From NCBI RefSeq assembly GCF_009914755.1, contig NC_060944.1: a stretch of DNA of 64,000 bases. One strand, 5' to 3'. The translations under genes were made by a program, and so were the position numbers. The DNA is from the human T2T-CHM13v2.0 reference genome, Homo sapiens. The notes beneath the pieces were generated by a model. That model searched no databases. It had not been told where the DNA came from and saw only the letters and a list, made by a program, of their open reading frames with translations. This document shows positions 14,735 to 32,142 of the stretch, piece after piece (within the stretch, counting starts at the first letter, position 1; every line of letters starts with the position of its first letter).

Positions 14735-14985
14735 CGGCAGGGAGTTTTGGCCCACACAGTGAATTCGTTGCCAATATTTATTTTCCCTATGAATTCACAT
14801 TTGAGCTTCTCAAGAAAAATCTGAAGCTCTGGGTACTCTTGGTCCACGCTGCTCCGTGGCAAGCCCAGGCTGCCGCTGCGCGGTGTTAAGTCCAGTCCTG
14901 TACTCTAAAATCTCACGTGCACCCTGTGCGTGTTGTTTATGAGGCTCGCTTGGCTTCTGCAGGAATCTGGTTTGGGAGCCCAGGA
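14735..14985 (+). mobile_element. hAT-Charlie relic (MER102-like)
   Basis: TTTTGGCCCACACAGTGAATTCGTTGCCAATATTTA...GCTTCTCAAGAAAAATCTGAAG. Confidence 0.55.
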
Positions 14986-15329
14986 ATAAATCATTAGACG
15001 TGTAGCCAGCGATGAGGGAAAAGATTAAACAGTGCCAGAGAAGCAGTCATGGGTTCCTTAGGGAATGCTGGGCCAAGAGCTGGGTCCGCGAGATGCCCTG
15101 GATCAGGAATATGCGGATGGAATCCCTGCCTGGGCCAGCCCCTCATCCATCCGTATATGGCTGCAGAGAAGCCATGTTGCTGCTTCCTTAGAGCCCCTGG
15201 CTGCATTTTCCCCTCGTCTCTCCTGCTTCTAGACTGCTCTGAAGCTCCTCCTAGTCCCCACCGCTCATCCTACCACACCTCAGTAAAGCAGAATTAGAGG
15301 ATTAAAAAAGACGGGCAGGAGATAGGGGA

Positions 15330-16275
<946 letters not shown>

Positions 16276-16620
16276 AGAGGAATCGGAGGAGCACCTGGGG
16301 CCAGATCATGGGGGTGCTGTGAACATCAGCTGAGGGGTCTGGACCAGACCCCGCAGACAATGGGGAGCTTGGGAAGGCTTCTGAGCAACAGCAGAATATT
16401 CATTCAGTCATTCAACAAACATTTGTGGTAAAAGCTTGTCCATATTCTATTCTCTCACAGACGGCAAAGCTCCCCACAAGCAGCCGTGGGTTATGGGCCA
16501 CAAACATCCTTCCTGGGCCTATAGAGTGCACGAGAAAGCTCTACCTGCCCATCCACATTTTCCCTTCCCGACTTCTTCACCTCTGGCTTGAGGAGCTGAA
16601 GAGCATTTAAAAAATATTCA

Positions 16621-16935
<315 letters not shown>

Positions 16936-17689
16936 GAAAATATTTATTTACTCCCTGCCTGTCTTTTCCTCTAAAAGCTCCATGAAAGCAGGGACCATCT
17001 TTGTAACTTCAGCATCTCTCATGCCTAGACCTGTGTCTGGTACATAGTAGGTGCTTAATAACTATTGAGGAACTGAATTTTAAAAATAAATAAATGAGCC
17101 CTAGTCTCTCAGACTGAAGGACTGACTGAGAGCCTGTAAAGTGCCCCGTTCAGGGCCTGGTATACAGTAGACATTCAATAAACAGTAATGAAAATATACA
17201 CAGAAAATACAGCCACTCTGTCAGGTCCCTGGTAGGTCTTGAGGCTTCTCCAGTGTAGGAAAGGCCAGAGGAGTAGGAGGGTGAGGTGGCCTGTGACTCA
17301 CCCTCCCGGGGCCCCTGTCTTGGGCCTAGGCCTGTGGGCATGGCGTCTGCACTAATCCGGCTAAGCAGCTGGATGTGCAAGGGTGTGTAATCCCAGGCCT
17401 GCTGGCTTTAGCCTGACCTTGGCTAGGATGACCCAAGTCAAGAAGAACGCTCCTGTCCTCTTAGGCCACCCAGAGCTGAGACCCTCTACACAACCGGGGA
17501 CAGGGATCTAAAAGACCCTTCTTGGGGGACAGAGGGGTGGCAGGCTCACCTAGGTCTCCCCCCGAAGCTCCAACCCAGCTATTTGGGGTATGCATCTCTG
17601 CACCCCTCCCCCCTTGCTACATCTTTGCCCCAGTGTCCTCCCTGATGGATGATGCGGCACAGAAATACTATCGGGGAAGAAAAGGGGCA

Positions 17690-18070
17690 TTCATTCATCA
17701 AACATTTATGGAGCCAAGCTATGTGCCAAACACTTTTCCAGATCCTGAGGACACAGCAGTGATCAAGACAGACTCTGTCTTCAGGGAACTGATATTTGGG
17801 TGGGGGAAGCAGACATGAAATGAGGAAATAGGTAAATTAAAAAGGATCTCTTCAAGGTGCAAGAAAATGGGCTAATGGGATAGAGACTGGCTGTAGGGAC
17901 ATCATCAACTATGGTAGTCAGGGAGGGCTTCTCTGAGGAGGTGACATCTGAGCTGAGACCCAAAGATGGAGTATCGAGTTGTATGAAGATCTGGGAAAGG
18001 AGCATCCAGGTGGAGGGAAGAGATTTTAATCCTAGTGAGTCATATAAGTTGGCACCATTGAGTACACTGA
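17690..18070 (-). mobile_element. L2 3' region
   Basis: CATTCATTCATCAAACATTTATGGAG...GGCTTCTCTGAGGAGGTGACATCTGAGCTGAGACC. Confidence 0.8.
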
Positions 18071-18084
18071 ATAGATAATGAACA

Positions 18085-18290
18085 TAATAACTAACATTTA
18101 CTGAGTACCGACAATGTGTCAGGCCCTTTTCTAAGTGCTTTGAATGCAATAACTCATTTAATACTCAAAACAATCGATCATTTTCATCCAATTTTACAGA
18201 TGAAGAAACCAAGCCACAGAGAGGTCAAGTGCTTTGCCCAAGGCCACACAGCTAACAAGTAGCAGAGCTGGGATTTGAACCCAGGGCTGC
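18085..18290 (-). mobile_element. MIR
   Basis: AACATTTACTGAGTACC...TTTTACAGATGAAGAAAC...AAGGCCACACAGCTA...GGATTTGAACCCAGG. Confidence 0.85.
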
Positions 18291-18499
18291 TCTACCTCAC
18301 AACCTATGGGTTGTTCCCTATCTTTACAGCACATTAATGTTTTACAATTAAAAACATTAATTGTTGAGCATTACCAAGCACCAGGTCCTGGGACCCATGG
18401 CGTCTTTATCTGGTCCTACCTCTGAAGGCCACCCACTGATCCTCTGCCCTGCACCTCTCTCTCACCCTCTTCTGATGTCTCTACTCTGAGGCCACCTCC

Positions 18500-19245
18500 A
18501 GCTCCAGGAGTGGCCATGTGGCTCTGCCTGGTCCAATCAGCATAGACCAACCCTCCCAGCCTTTGTGATTGACTGAGGGATGGGCATGTGACACAAGATG
18601 GCTTCATGAGAGTGGATCTTGGAACTTTGCAACCATGGGGGAGGAGGAGTTCTCTTTGTTTTTTTGTTTTTTGTTTGTTTGTTTTTTTGAGACGGGGTCT
18701 CACTCTGTGTGCAGGCTGGAGTGCAGTGGCACAATCTCAGCTCACTGCAACCTCCGCCTCCTGGGTTCGAGCAATTCTCCTGACTCAGCCTCCTGAGTAG
18801 CTGGGACTACAGGCATATGCCACCACGCCCAGCTAATTTTTTGTATTTTTAGTAGAGACGGGGTTTCACCATGTTAGCCAGGATGGTCTCGATCTCCTGA
18901 CCTTGTGATCTGCCTGCCTTGGCCTCCCAAAGTGCTGGGATTACAGGTATGAGCCATCGTGCCCGGCCAGGAGTTCTCTTTTGAGGGAAAATGTCTAGCT
19001 GGGAGATAGGAAGCCTGGAGCCCAAAGAGCTTGCTTGAGAGTGAAGCCCTCGTAGAGGAGGGCAGAGACAAAAGATGGAGAGAGACTGAGTTGCAATGAC
19101 AAGCACTGATGGTATTGTTCGAGGCCTGTGTATCTGGGCCAGAGCCAGAACCACTTCTGAACTTCGCAGTTGCATCACCCCTCCCATTTTTTTTCAAGCT
19201 TAAGCCAATTTGAATTGGATTTCTGTCTCTTATAACTGCAATCAG
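18500..19245 (+). mobile_element. MaLR LTR (MLT1) split by an Alu
   Basis: GGCCATGTGGCT...GGTCCAATCAG...GGGCATGTGAC...; ends GCTTAAGCCAATTTGAATTGGATTTCTGTC. Confidence 0.7.
18658..18968 (-). mobile_element. AluSc-like
   Basis: TTAGCCAGGATGGTCTCGATCTCCTGACCTTGTGATC; TSD AGGAGTTCTCTTT at 18645-18657 and 18969-18981. Confidence 0.94.
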
Positions 19246-19301
19246 AACCTTGTTTTCCTCCTGGAATGTTCTTCCTTCTTTTCTCTCTTGCTACCAATTA
19301 A

Positions 19302-19670
<369 letters not shown>

Positions 19671-20865
19671 CCAGTAATGTTATTCTTATGACCACCATTA
19701 ATATGACCATCACTGCCATCGCCAGTACAGCGACTATTCTCATGAATACTTCTATTGCCACTGCCAGGAATGACAGCATCATCCTACTTTTAACACAGTG
19801 AACACAGGGGCCATTATTGCTACACTGATGCTGTTTCTACTACTCTTTCTGCTATTAGCATCGCACTTCCCATTTGTAAACCTCTCCTGAGTTTACAAAG
19901 CACTTTCAAAATCCTCTCATTCTCTTCTAAACCTCACCACACTCCCCCATGAGTGGGGCACAGTCACTACTGTTAGTTCCATCGTAGGGGCAGGGGAATC
20001 GAGGTTGCAGAAGTGAGAGGAACTGCTTGCAGCCATAGCCAATGGGACTCAGACCCACCTACTCATTCATTTATTGACGAGGTGGCACTGAACGCCTTCG
20101 GTATGAGGATGGACTCTGCTAGATGCTGGGACGCAGCAGTGAACAACACCGACATCGTTCCTGCCTTCGCTGAGCTGCCCTTTGGGTGGGCTCCAGAACA
20201 TTCCAAGAGCCTCCCTCACAGGCCCCACAGGAAGCCAGGCCAGGATCATTCTGTTCTCCTCAGAATTCTGAGACCAGAGTGGAGGAGCCCAGTTTGTGAG
20301 CAGAATTGAAGCACTGCTGTGGATTTTACTTCTTACCTGAGCTGCCTTGGGCAACAGACCCAGCCTTTGAGCCTTCCAACAAGACAGTGAATTCCTTGGC
20401 AAGGAGAGTCCTGACTTAATTTTTCTGTCTCTGCTACAGTGCCTAGCACAGGGTCGGGCACAGAGTAGGCACTCTGTAAGTGCTTATTAATGGATTGCTG
20501 CTCAGAGGCAGAACTAGGCCTCCTTCCATCTACCCAACTTTCTATTCTTCTATTTGTCTAATATCTATCAATTTCCTTCCTTCTTCTATTCATCCATCCA
20601 TCCACCTACCCACCTATCCACCTGTCCATCTGTCCATCCGTGCATTTTCCTACCTTGCTTCCTCCCTCCTTCCTTCTCTCCCCGTCCCTCCCCTGTTCTC
20701 CTTGGGCAATGAAGAATTAGTCCAGCCTCCAGGTTTTTGCTCCTGCTGTGGCTACTCCGAAGGCTCCTTCCCCAGGATGTTAACATTTTCCTGGCTCTTA
20801 GCAATTTGCAAAGAGCTTGGGAGACTGAACAAACAAACAAAAATCCAGATTCTCTCAACCACTTA

Positions 20866-21190
20866 TTTTCTTTTTTTTTTTCTTTTCTTTTTCTTTTCTT
20901 TTTTTTTTTTTTTTTTTTTGAGACAGAGTCTTGCTCTGTCATCCAGGTTGGAGTGCAGTAGCGTGATCTTGGCTTACTGCAACCTCCACCTCCTGGGCTC
21001 AAGCAATTCTCCTGTCTCAGCCCCCCATGTAGCTGGGACTACAGGCATGAGCCACCATGTCCAGTTACTTTTTGTATTTTTTGTAGAGATGGGGTTTCGA
21101 GGCTGGTCTCAAACTCCTGATCTCAAGTGATCCTCCTACCTCGGCCTCCCTGACTGCTGAGATTACAGGCATGAGCCACCGCACCCAGCC
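20866..21190 (-). mobile_element. Alu (Jb/Sz-like) with short internal deletion
   Basis: Long T-rich tail, dimeric body, GGGGTTTCG/AGGCTGG deletion junction. Confidence 0.93.
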
Positions 21191-21327
21191 TTCATCCACT
21201 TTTTGAGGCACTCCGAATTCCTACTAGATTTCTTATCTTTCCTGACAACCCAGTAGCAATCCTATGCTTACTTTTAAAACTCTTTTTTCTGGTTTCCTGC
21301 ATAGTGTGCTCTCTCTCCTCCCCTCTA

Positions 21328-22262
<935 letters not shown>

Positions 22263-22274
22263 AACCTAACCAGC

Positions 22275-22560
22275 TACTGCAGCTAGGCAGGAAGTGCAAA
22301 TGACCAAAGCAGGCTGGATATCGAACTCCAGGAAGGAGTGCATGGGCCACCTCTCAAGTGGGCGGCCACTACCAGCTCCAAGAGGGAATAGATGTGGCCC
22401 AGAGTGGTCTAATTTTCCAGTTTCTCAGTAGAAACAAACAAGTGAAAGTCTAGGGGTTCTTTTGGTGAACTCTTCCCAATTTGTTAATGTGGGTAACTAA
22501 TTAAAATATGTAAATGCAGTTCAGTTCAAACAATACATGCTTACAGGATAGAGCTGCCTC
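22275..22560 (-). mobile_element. hAT-Charlie relic (MER102-like)
   Basis: GGCGGCCACTACCAGCTCCA...CCAGTTTCTCAGTAGAAAC...CTTCCCAATTT; reverse of the 4490 copy. Confidence 0.45.
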
Positions 22561-22864
22561 TCTTCTCTTTACAACCCCTCTGGTCACTGGCCCCCTCTTT
22601 CCCTCCCTACCCTGCAAATTGCCACAAGAGAGCTCAACTCCAAGAAGAGCTTATTGCTTTGAATACAAACAAAATACTGCTCATAATAGCTGCTACCCAA
22701 AACTGAACATCCAAGTACTCAAGTCACCTCTATTGTTATCATTGTTTTACAAATGAAGAAAGCAAAAGGCTCAGAGAAGTTAAGGAACTTGCCTAAGGTC
22801 ACACAGCTAAGTGACAAACTGAATTTGAGCCCAGGGCTGTGTGACTCCAAAGACAGTGATCTAG

Positions 22865-23045
22865 CCCAGTGGTGGTGGCATTTTGCCACAGGAGGCATTT
22901 TGGAAATGTTAGGGAGGACAGGTGTTTCTGGTTATCATGGTGATACTGGCATTCAGTGAGTGGGACCCAGGGATAAGAGACGTCTTGCAATGCACAGTCC
23001 TGTGTCGTGAAGTCTTGTCTTGTTCCCAATGCTAATAGTACCACG
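22865..23045 (+). mobile_element. MER20B/MER113-like hAT relic
   Basis: GGCATTTTGGAAATG...ACTGGCATTCAGTGAGTGGGACCCAGGGAT...GCAATGCACAGTCC. Confidence 0.55.
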
Positions 23046-23224
23046 GTTTTCCCTCTTCCCCCACAATGGCAGCCATTATTGAGTGCCTAGTGTATGCCAG
23101 GGACTTTAGATCCAGCAGTCCAATAAGGTAGGTACTTTTAGTATCTCCATTTTACAGATGGGAAAACTGCAGTTCAAAGAGGGGAGGTGACTTAACAAAG
23201 GTCACATGAACTGGGAAATGGCAG

Positions 23225-23841
23225 CAGGGCTGAGTCCAGGGTGAAAAAAATTAAGGGTGTGAAATTTAAGGCATTGCCAAATAACTCAGTAAGCAAGATA
23301 AATACTACTTTAATGTAACATTTAAAAAATCAAACTTAATGTAAAACCCCCCATGATGAACAAAATATCTATATTTTCAATAAAGACAGGATCAGCAACA
23401 CTGGTGTGCTAAGCCATATGGGAGTGAAAGGGAAAAGGAAAAAATTAATACTGATCTTGTTTTGTTTCGTTTTTTTGAGACAGAGTCTTGCTTTGTCGCC
23501 CAGGCTGGAGTGCAGTGGCACTAGCTCGGCTCATGGCAGGCAACCTCTGCCTCCCGGGTTGAAGTGATTCTCCTGCCTCAGCCTCCCGAATAGCTGGGAT
23601 CACAGGCATGGGCCACTATGCCCAGCTAATTTTTTTTTGTTTTGTCTTTTTAGTACAGACAGGGTTTCACCGTGTTGGCCAGGCTGATCTCTAACTCCTG
23701 ACTTCAGGTGATCCGCCCGCCTCGGCCTCCCAGAGTGCTGGGATTACAGGATTACAGGCGTGAGCCACTGTGCCTGGCCTGATCTTGGATTTTTGTGCCC
23801 AAGGTGAGTGCTTCGCTTAACTCACTTTAGTCTTGTCCCTG
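23225..23841 (+). mobile_element. MER96B-like hAT element split by an Alu
   Basis: CAGGGC start, AAATTTAAGG...AACTCAGTAAGCAAGATAAA; end TTTTGTGCCC...CTCACTTTAGTCTTGTCCCTG. Confidence 0.65.
23460..23779 (-). mobile_element. AluSx-like
   Basis: Full antisense Alu; TSD CTGATCTTG; small internal duplication GGATTACAGGATTACAGG. Confidence 0.94.
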
Positions 23842-24854
23842 AGTGGCAGGCCATGCTAATTGTATCTGTCTCTGTCTCACCAGCCTCAATAAGATGTGGG
23901 GAGTCCATTCTTCCACTCCCAGTGCTCCAGGACTTCAGCACGAATGGTGAAATTACAGGCTCCAGAAAGCCATGATTTCTAAAGCAGAAGACGGACAGGC
24001 CTTTAATTAGAGCCAGGCGGGTGGGTGGCCAGCTAATACTAAGTTCCATAATACTAAGTTCCGTAATAAGCACTGTATTTTTGAATTCACTGGCTTGATC
24101 ACACACATCCCGGAGGCATCTTTGGAAATTTGTTCATAGAAAATAGGGTAAACAGCTATTTGTACCCTAAGAGAGGGAAAATGGCTTTACAGTGGGGTGG
24201 CTATGACAAGGGTGTGCTCTGGTGGCAGCAGATCTGGGACAAACCCCACCCCACCACTCACTGGCAGTGTGGGGCTGAGCAAGTCACGGCCCTCTCTGAG
24301 CCTCTGCTTTCTCATGTGTAATGGGAATGAGAACACCTACCTTGCTGGTGATGGGGAAGATTAGGATTAATGGACAGTAGAGTCATATCCTCATGGGTTT
24401 GGTTCCAACGATAACCAGTAAGATGAATATCTATCACCTACTTTTGAAAATCCCTACCTTTATATTGTGAGGACCTGAAAACTGGAAGCTCAGAAGCCAG
24501 GAAATGATGCATTTTATCCCAGATGTGGCCTCTCTGTTTGAGGCAGGAAGGTAACCAGCTAATGCAGAGGGTAGGGTGGGGGTGGTTAGGGAAAGGCCAA
24601 CAGGTGAAGGAGAAAAATAAAAGAATTTTTCTTTGTCTCTCTTCCTTCTCAAGTCTCATACATTAGATGCCCAGGTGTGAAACTCTGTTCTAGCTAAAAT
24701 TCTCTGGCATATAGAAGAGCTCATTCTGGTTCAGGTTTTCCAAGGAACAATCAGCAGGGGTTCCAGACCACACAAATGGCCTGTTTCTGGCTGTAATCAC
24801 ACGTGGGAGCTGGCTAATGTCCCCGGAGTCAGGCTGGAGTGGCCAAGACAATCA

Positions 24855-26180
<1,326 letters not shown>

Positions 26181-27185
26181 TGGAAGGTGCACGTGTTTAT
26201 ACGTCTCACCCATGCAAGGTGGCCTTCCTTGGCTGTCTTCTACCTCCCTGATTAGGCTCCAACTCTCTGCTCATATTTTCAGAGCGTCTGCACTTTTTTT
26301 CTTTGCGGCACTTATCAGAACCAAAGTGCACATGCACCACCCTGAGAGCGAGCTCCTCCTTCAATTTTGCATCCTGGGCACCTCACTCTTCCACCCTCTT
26401 CTGGGTCCTGCGAACTAGCTTCAGCTATTTGTAGAATTAGCTGTAATGCCCATCTCCCCAACCAAGCTGGGCGCTCCAGTGCGGGGATCGTGCTTGCTGC
26501 ATTTATTGCTATATCTGCCGTGCTTAGCGCAGTGCCTGGTGTGTTTTAGTCACTGATTGAATGAGTGAAGGGCTGTATATTTCATATACATCATAGGCAA
26601 ATAAAAATGAATAAATTTTAAATTTATGGCAAGGCTAAAAGATGATCAGCCCTGGGTCAGCACAGAGAGGGTCTGCGAAAGCAAGTAAGACCTAGTCTTC
26701 CTCCGTCTGGCAGCGGGGAGAGACAGATGCAAAGCTGAGGCAAGGGAGACAGGGACCCTCCCACTGCTTGGGAGAAACACGTCTACGTTAGCTGGGGGCA
26801 GGTGAGGGAAGACTTCCTGCAGGAAACACCACTTGAGTCTTGTGGGGAGAAGAGTTTGCCAAGCAGCCACCGACCACATGGTCCAGCTCATTATTTTACA
26901 GATGGGGAAACTGAGACTGGTGGGGAAACTGAGAATGGTTCTAGGCCCGGCTCTGCCACCGTCCCGCTGTACGACCTTGGCCAAGTCTTTCTTCTTCAGT
27001 CTTCCCATCTGTACAATGAGATGACCTCTAGGGTCAGCCTCACCTTCTGGGACAGAAGTCTCAAACTGGCAGCTCCTGGGCTGAATTCTCCTGCTCCTGG
27101 CTGTTACCTGCCAGAGACCAGGAGGTGTTTGAGCTGAGACCTGTGTGAAGGTTACCAACTTTGTAAATTAGATGCCACCTAAAAG

Positions 27186-27403
27186 CGGTGATTCTTGATC
27201 AGGGGCGGTTTTACCCCCCAGGGGACATTTGGCAATGTCTGGAGACATTTTTGATTGTCACACTGGGTGGGGGTTGTGTGTGGGGTCGCTACTGGCCTCT
27301 AATGAGTATACGCCAGGGATGCTGCTGAACAATCACAGGACGGCCCCACAGCAGAGAACTCTCCAGCCCCAAATGTCACCAGTGCGGAGGCTGAGAAGCC
27401 CTG
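27186..27403 (+). mobile_element. MER20
   Basis: CCCCCAGGGGACATTTGGCAATGTCTGGAGACATTTTTGATTGTCAC...GCCCCAAATGTCACCAGTGCGGAGGCTGAGAAGCCCTG. Confidence 0.88.
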
Positions 27404-27779
27404 CCTAAAAGTCCAGTCCTTCTGGGCCACTCTGGCTCCTGGGAAGGCCCCAGGACCCCGTGGTCTTTGTACTTGGTGACTGATCTCCAGCCTTCCTGCC
27501 GCTGTCTGGAGCTGTCCTCTGACTGCACCGTCACCATGCTTTCTCCCCACTAGGCCCTGGCTCCCTCTAGCCTCCGCTTTCCAGGGCAGGGCCTGCCTCT
27601 CCAGCTCACATTTTGACTATACTGGGTCAAACCTGATAGCACCCTGGACATAGGCGCCTGTCTGTTAAGACTCCTGTTTTCCACAATTGCAGACAGATGC
27701 ACAGAGAGTGTCACTAGCTTGATCAAAGTCGCACAGCAAAGGGAGTGTTGGGGCTGGGATTTGAGCCCAGATACCTTGA

Positions 27780-28119
<340 letters not shown>

Positions 28120-28869
28120 TCCCTGCAGTTTTGTTTCTGAAAATTGACTTCCTTTGGGTCTGGGTTTTCTATGCCTCCTCTCCTCAACATTCATTGCCTT
28201 CCTGGTTTGAACTGAGCCACAAAGTTACATTGGAAATGGAAACAGAAGGTGTCTTTGAGACCGTCTCCCAGGGTGATGTGCTGCGGTCTCAGAAGGACTC
28301 TCTGACAATGTCACACGAGGGAGGATGGGAGAATGGTATGAATGGTGGGAACTGAGGTGGCAGCCACAACACAATGGTGGGAAAAACAGGCTCCGCACTG
28401 GGTTCCAGCATTGGAGCTTCATGCTAGACCCAGGACAAATTCCTTCACCGCTCCAAGCCTTGCTTTCCCCATCTGCAGTGGGAGACAGTGAGACTTCCTT
28501 AATCGTGGAACTGTGAATATTTAATGGGAACGCGGATGTGGAGGGCTGGCCCAGGGCTTGTTCAATGAGGGGACCTGGGGTGGCCACTAGCTCCTGGGCC
28601 TGTGGAGGCAGGGGATGCTCTGGTGGATTCCAGAAGATGACAGTGGGCTCTCCTCTCTGGAGGGTGGACGAAGGCAAGCGCCTCTCTGACTGCCTTGCTT
28701 TATCCTTGGAGAATTCTCCCCAGTGCCCCTCTGTCCACTCTCATGCCACAGTTATCACCCCAAGCCTTTAACCAGCAGTCCCCTGGGTGCTGAGTACGTA
28801 ACCAAGAGGGGAGTCCTGAGCCGCCATTCAGCCCTTCTCTGGCTTGGACACACTCCACGTTGCATGTCC

Positions 28870-29280
28870 ATTCGGTTGCATGTCCTGAGTGCTTTCTGTG
28901 TGCCAGGCACTGTGCTGGGCTCTGGGAGTCACTGTCCCCAAGACAGCAGAGGAGCCAACAAACAGATGAAATGGCAGGGAGGGAGTTAGTGGGCGATGGA
29001 GAGAGTGCCAATGGGAGGGAGGCAGAGGGTTAAGAAAGCCCCTCTGAGGATGCCTGCTAAGCAGAGGTCTGAGGCCAAGCACTGTGGGGAAGAGGATACA
29101 GCGTGTGCAAAGGCCCTGAGATAGGAACGGTCGTGTTTGGGCACCAGAAAGGAGGCCAGTGTGGCCGGTGTGGAAGAAGCAAAGGAAAGAGTGGCCAGAG
29201 ATGATAATGGAGAGGCAGGCGGGTGGCAGATCGGGCAGAGCTTTGAAGGCCGGGGTGAGGAGCTTGCAATTTATTTTAAG
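28870..29280 (-). mobile_element. L2 3' region
   Basis: CTGTGTGCCAGGCACTGTGCTGGG...GTGCAAAGGCCCTGAG...GGAGGCCAGTGTGGC. Confidence 0.8.
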
Positions 29281-29799
29281 GACCTAGAGGAAGAGGAGGC
29301 TCTGGGCCCTGGGTGGATGAGCTGCCTTACTTCTTGGAAGCACCAGGGCTCATGGGAGAACATGACCGTCACTCAACCCCCGAAACCTGGCTGGCTTGTA
29401 TGCAGCCTGTCCCCGCATCAGGAGGGGCCGAGCGACACCTCGCTGCACACAGCAGCCTCATTCCTGCCTCCCTACCTTTGCTCAGACAGGATCCCCTGCC
29501 TGGGGTGGCCTCTCCTCTCCCTGATTTGCCCACTCTTCCTCAGGAAACCTTCCCTGGCAGCTAGAGCCTATGGGGCCCTCCTCCTCCCAACCACTCTCCT
29601 GGTGTTGAAATCCACTGGGGTAGTTTGCTGGCAATGAAGATCCCAGGGTCTTCCACAGAGATAATGATTCAGGTGGCCTGTGCTAGGACCCAGGAGTTCA
29701 CATCTTTACAAACACTTCCACGTGATTCCTCTGTCCAGCATTGGAGAGACATAGCTGCTGGCATGTTTCCAGAGCTACTTCAGGCAACAGGGCACGCAG

Positions 29800-30413
<614 letters not shown>

Positions 30414-30445
30414 TAAGGGCCTGAATAAGGCAATGCTCTCTAAAC

Positions 30446-30783
30446 CAGGGCTCAGCAAACTTTGTCTGTAAAAGGGTTAGAGAGTAAATATTTTAGGCTT
30501 TGGGGGCCGCATGATCTCTGTCACAACCCTTCAACTCTGCAGGGCAGCACAGACGCGGCCACAGATAAACAGAAATGAGTTTGTGAGTTATGGCTCTGTT
30601 CCAAAAACCCTGATGGTCCTAAAATTTAAATTTTATATGGTTTTCACATGTCACGAAACAATATTTTTCTTTGGATGTTTTTCAGCCACTTGAAAATGTA
30701 AAAACTGTTCTTAGCTTGAGGGCTGTACCAAAACAGGGGGTGGGCTAGATGTGGCCCACAGGCCCTGGATTGCTGGCCCCCGC
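30446..30783 (+). mobile_element. MER58B-like hAT-Charlie element
   Basis: CAGGGCTCAGCAAACTTTGTCTGTAAAGGG...GTAAATATTTTAGGCTTTG...TTTTCACATGTCACGAAA...GTGGCCCACAGGCC. Confidence 0.82.
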
Positions 30784-31764
30784 TCCAGAGGCTTTACATG
30801 TCTTAGCTCATAGGACCCTGATGAGATAGGCAGCCCTATGTTCAGATGAAGAAACGGAGTCTCAGAGAGACTGGAATCCTCGGGCAAGGTTCCACAGCAG
30901 AAATAATAGATATTTTAGTCTTTGTGCACCATTTGGTCTCTGTTGCAAGAGATAACTGTGAGATTTGAACTCAGACAGAGCTGGGTTCAGAGCCCCTGTT
31001 ATTAACCACAGTACACTGTCTCGTGGAAGCCACACAGGCCACAGATACACCACATTTCAGAACCAGTGACCTTATCTCTTAAAACCAGAATCTCTGCCTT
31101 CATATGAGCCTAGGTGGGAAAGGCCGGGCTGGTCAGGCAGGAAAGACAGTCTTTTGAGCTTAGAGGGTGGAGGGGGCTTCTAGGGCCATTGGCCACCTGA
31201 GCTGCAGCCCCGGGCACGCTTTGCAGTCCCCTTTCCTGCACTGACCCTATCTGGTAGGGGTGAGCCTGCCTGAGTAATTAGGTCTGACTGCTGCAGGCCC
31301 GCTGAGGACTTCACGCTCCCAACATTCTCCTCCGTCTTATTCATGTTTGGTATTTTTATTACATTATTTTGACATGACATTCCCTAAGTGACATTCAGCT
31401 AAACTGTGTTTTTGTAGAATAGGGACTTGCCACTCTCTCGGCACTGCTGCATTCATGATGACAGCCACATGTCTGACATCTCCCCCAGGGTGCAATTACA
31501 TGTTGACAAAAGAAAACTCTGAAAAAATTTAGTGTGGAAGGAAAAAGCTCAAGCTGCCTTAATTAATTAGTTAATTAATTTTCATTCATTTGTACTGTTG
31601 GCGATATAGTGGTGAACATGATAGTCAAGATTCCTTACCACAATGAAGCTTACTTTCTAGTAGGGGAGTCAGACAATAAACAAATAAACAAGGTAATAGC
31701 AGATTGTGATAAGTGCTATGAAGGAAAAAAAATACTGAGATGGGATATTAAGTGGGGCAGAATA

Positions 31765-31940
31765 TGTCCCTGTTATCCAACCTCTCCTTTTCTTAGTGTT
31801 ATAGATCCACTGATGTGCACTGGGAAACATACTGCCCAGAATAGAGACTGTTTCCCAGCCTCCCTTACAGCTAGGCATGGCCAATGGATATGGTAGAAGT
31901 GAGCAGATGCCTGGGGCCTTACGTGTCCACAGGCATAGAA
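31765..31940 (+). mobile_element. MaLR LTR (MLT1) 5' part
   Basis: CTGCCCAGAATAGAGACTGTTTCCCAGCCTCCCTTACAGCTAGGCATGGCCAATGG. Confidence 0.65.
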
Positions 31941-32091
31941 GCGTGCGCCTGGCACTTGCTCTTTCCCTCTTCCACCAGCTAGAAATTCTCTCTCTCATAC
32001 CTCTCTTATCTCTCTTTTCCTACTCTATCTATCTATCTGTCTACTTATGCACCATCTATATGTTCAGTAATCTGTCCATTTGTTCATCTGT

Positions 32092-32142
32092 TATCTATCC
32101 ATCCATCCATCCATCCATCCATCCATCCATCCATCCATCCAT
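32092..32142 (+). repeat. (TCCA)n microsatellite
   Basis: About 11 near-perfect ATCC units. Confidence 0.92.

Noticed and set aside
19690-19865. Loosely triplet-periodic ACT/CAT/GCT stretch
   Set aside because: Degenerate simple repeat with stop codons; no coding evidence.
20480-21130. 216-aa ORF and similar ORFs at 24852-25445, 15655-16071 and 822-1085
   Set aside because: Translations of Alu and simple repeats (LECSG..AHCNL..PGSS Alu signature, poly-F).
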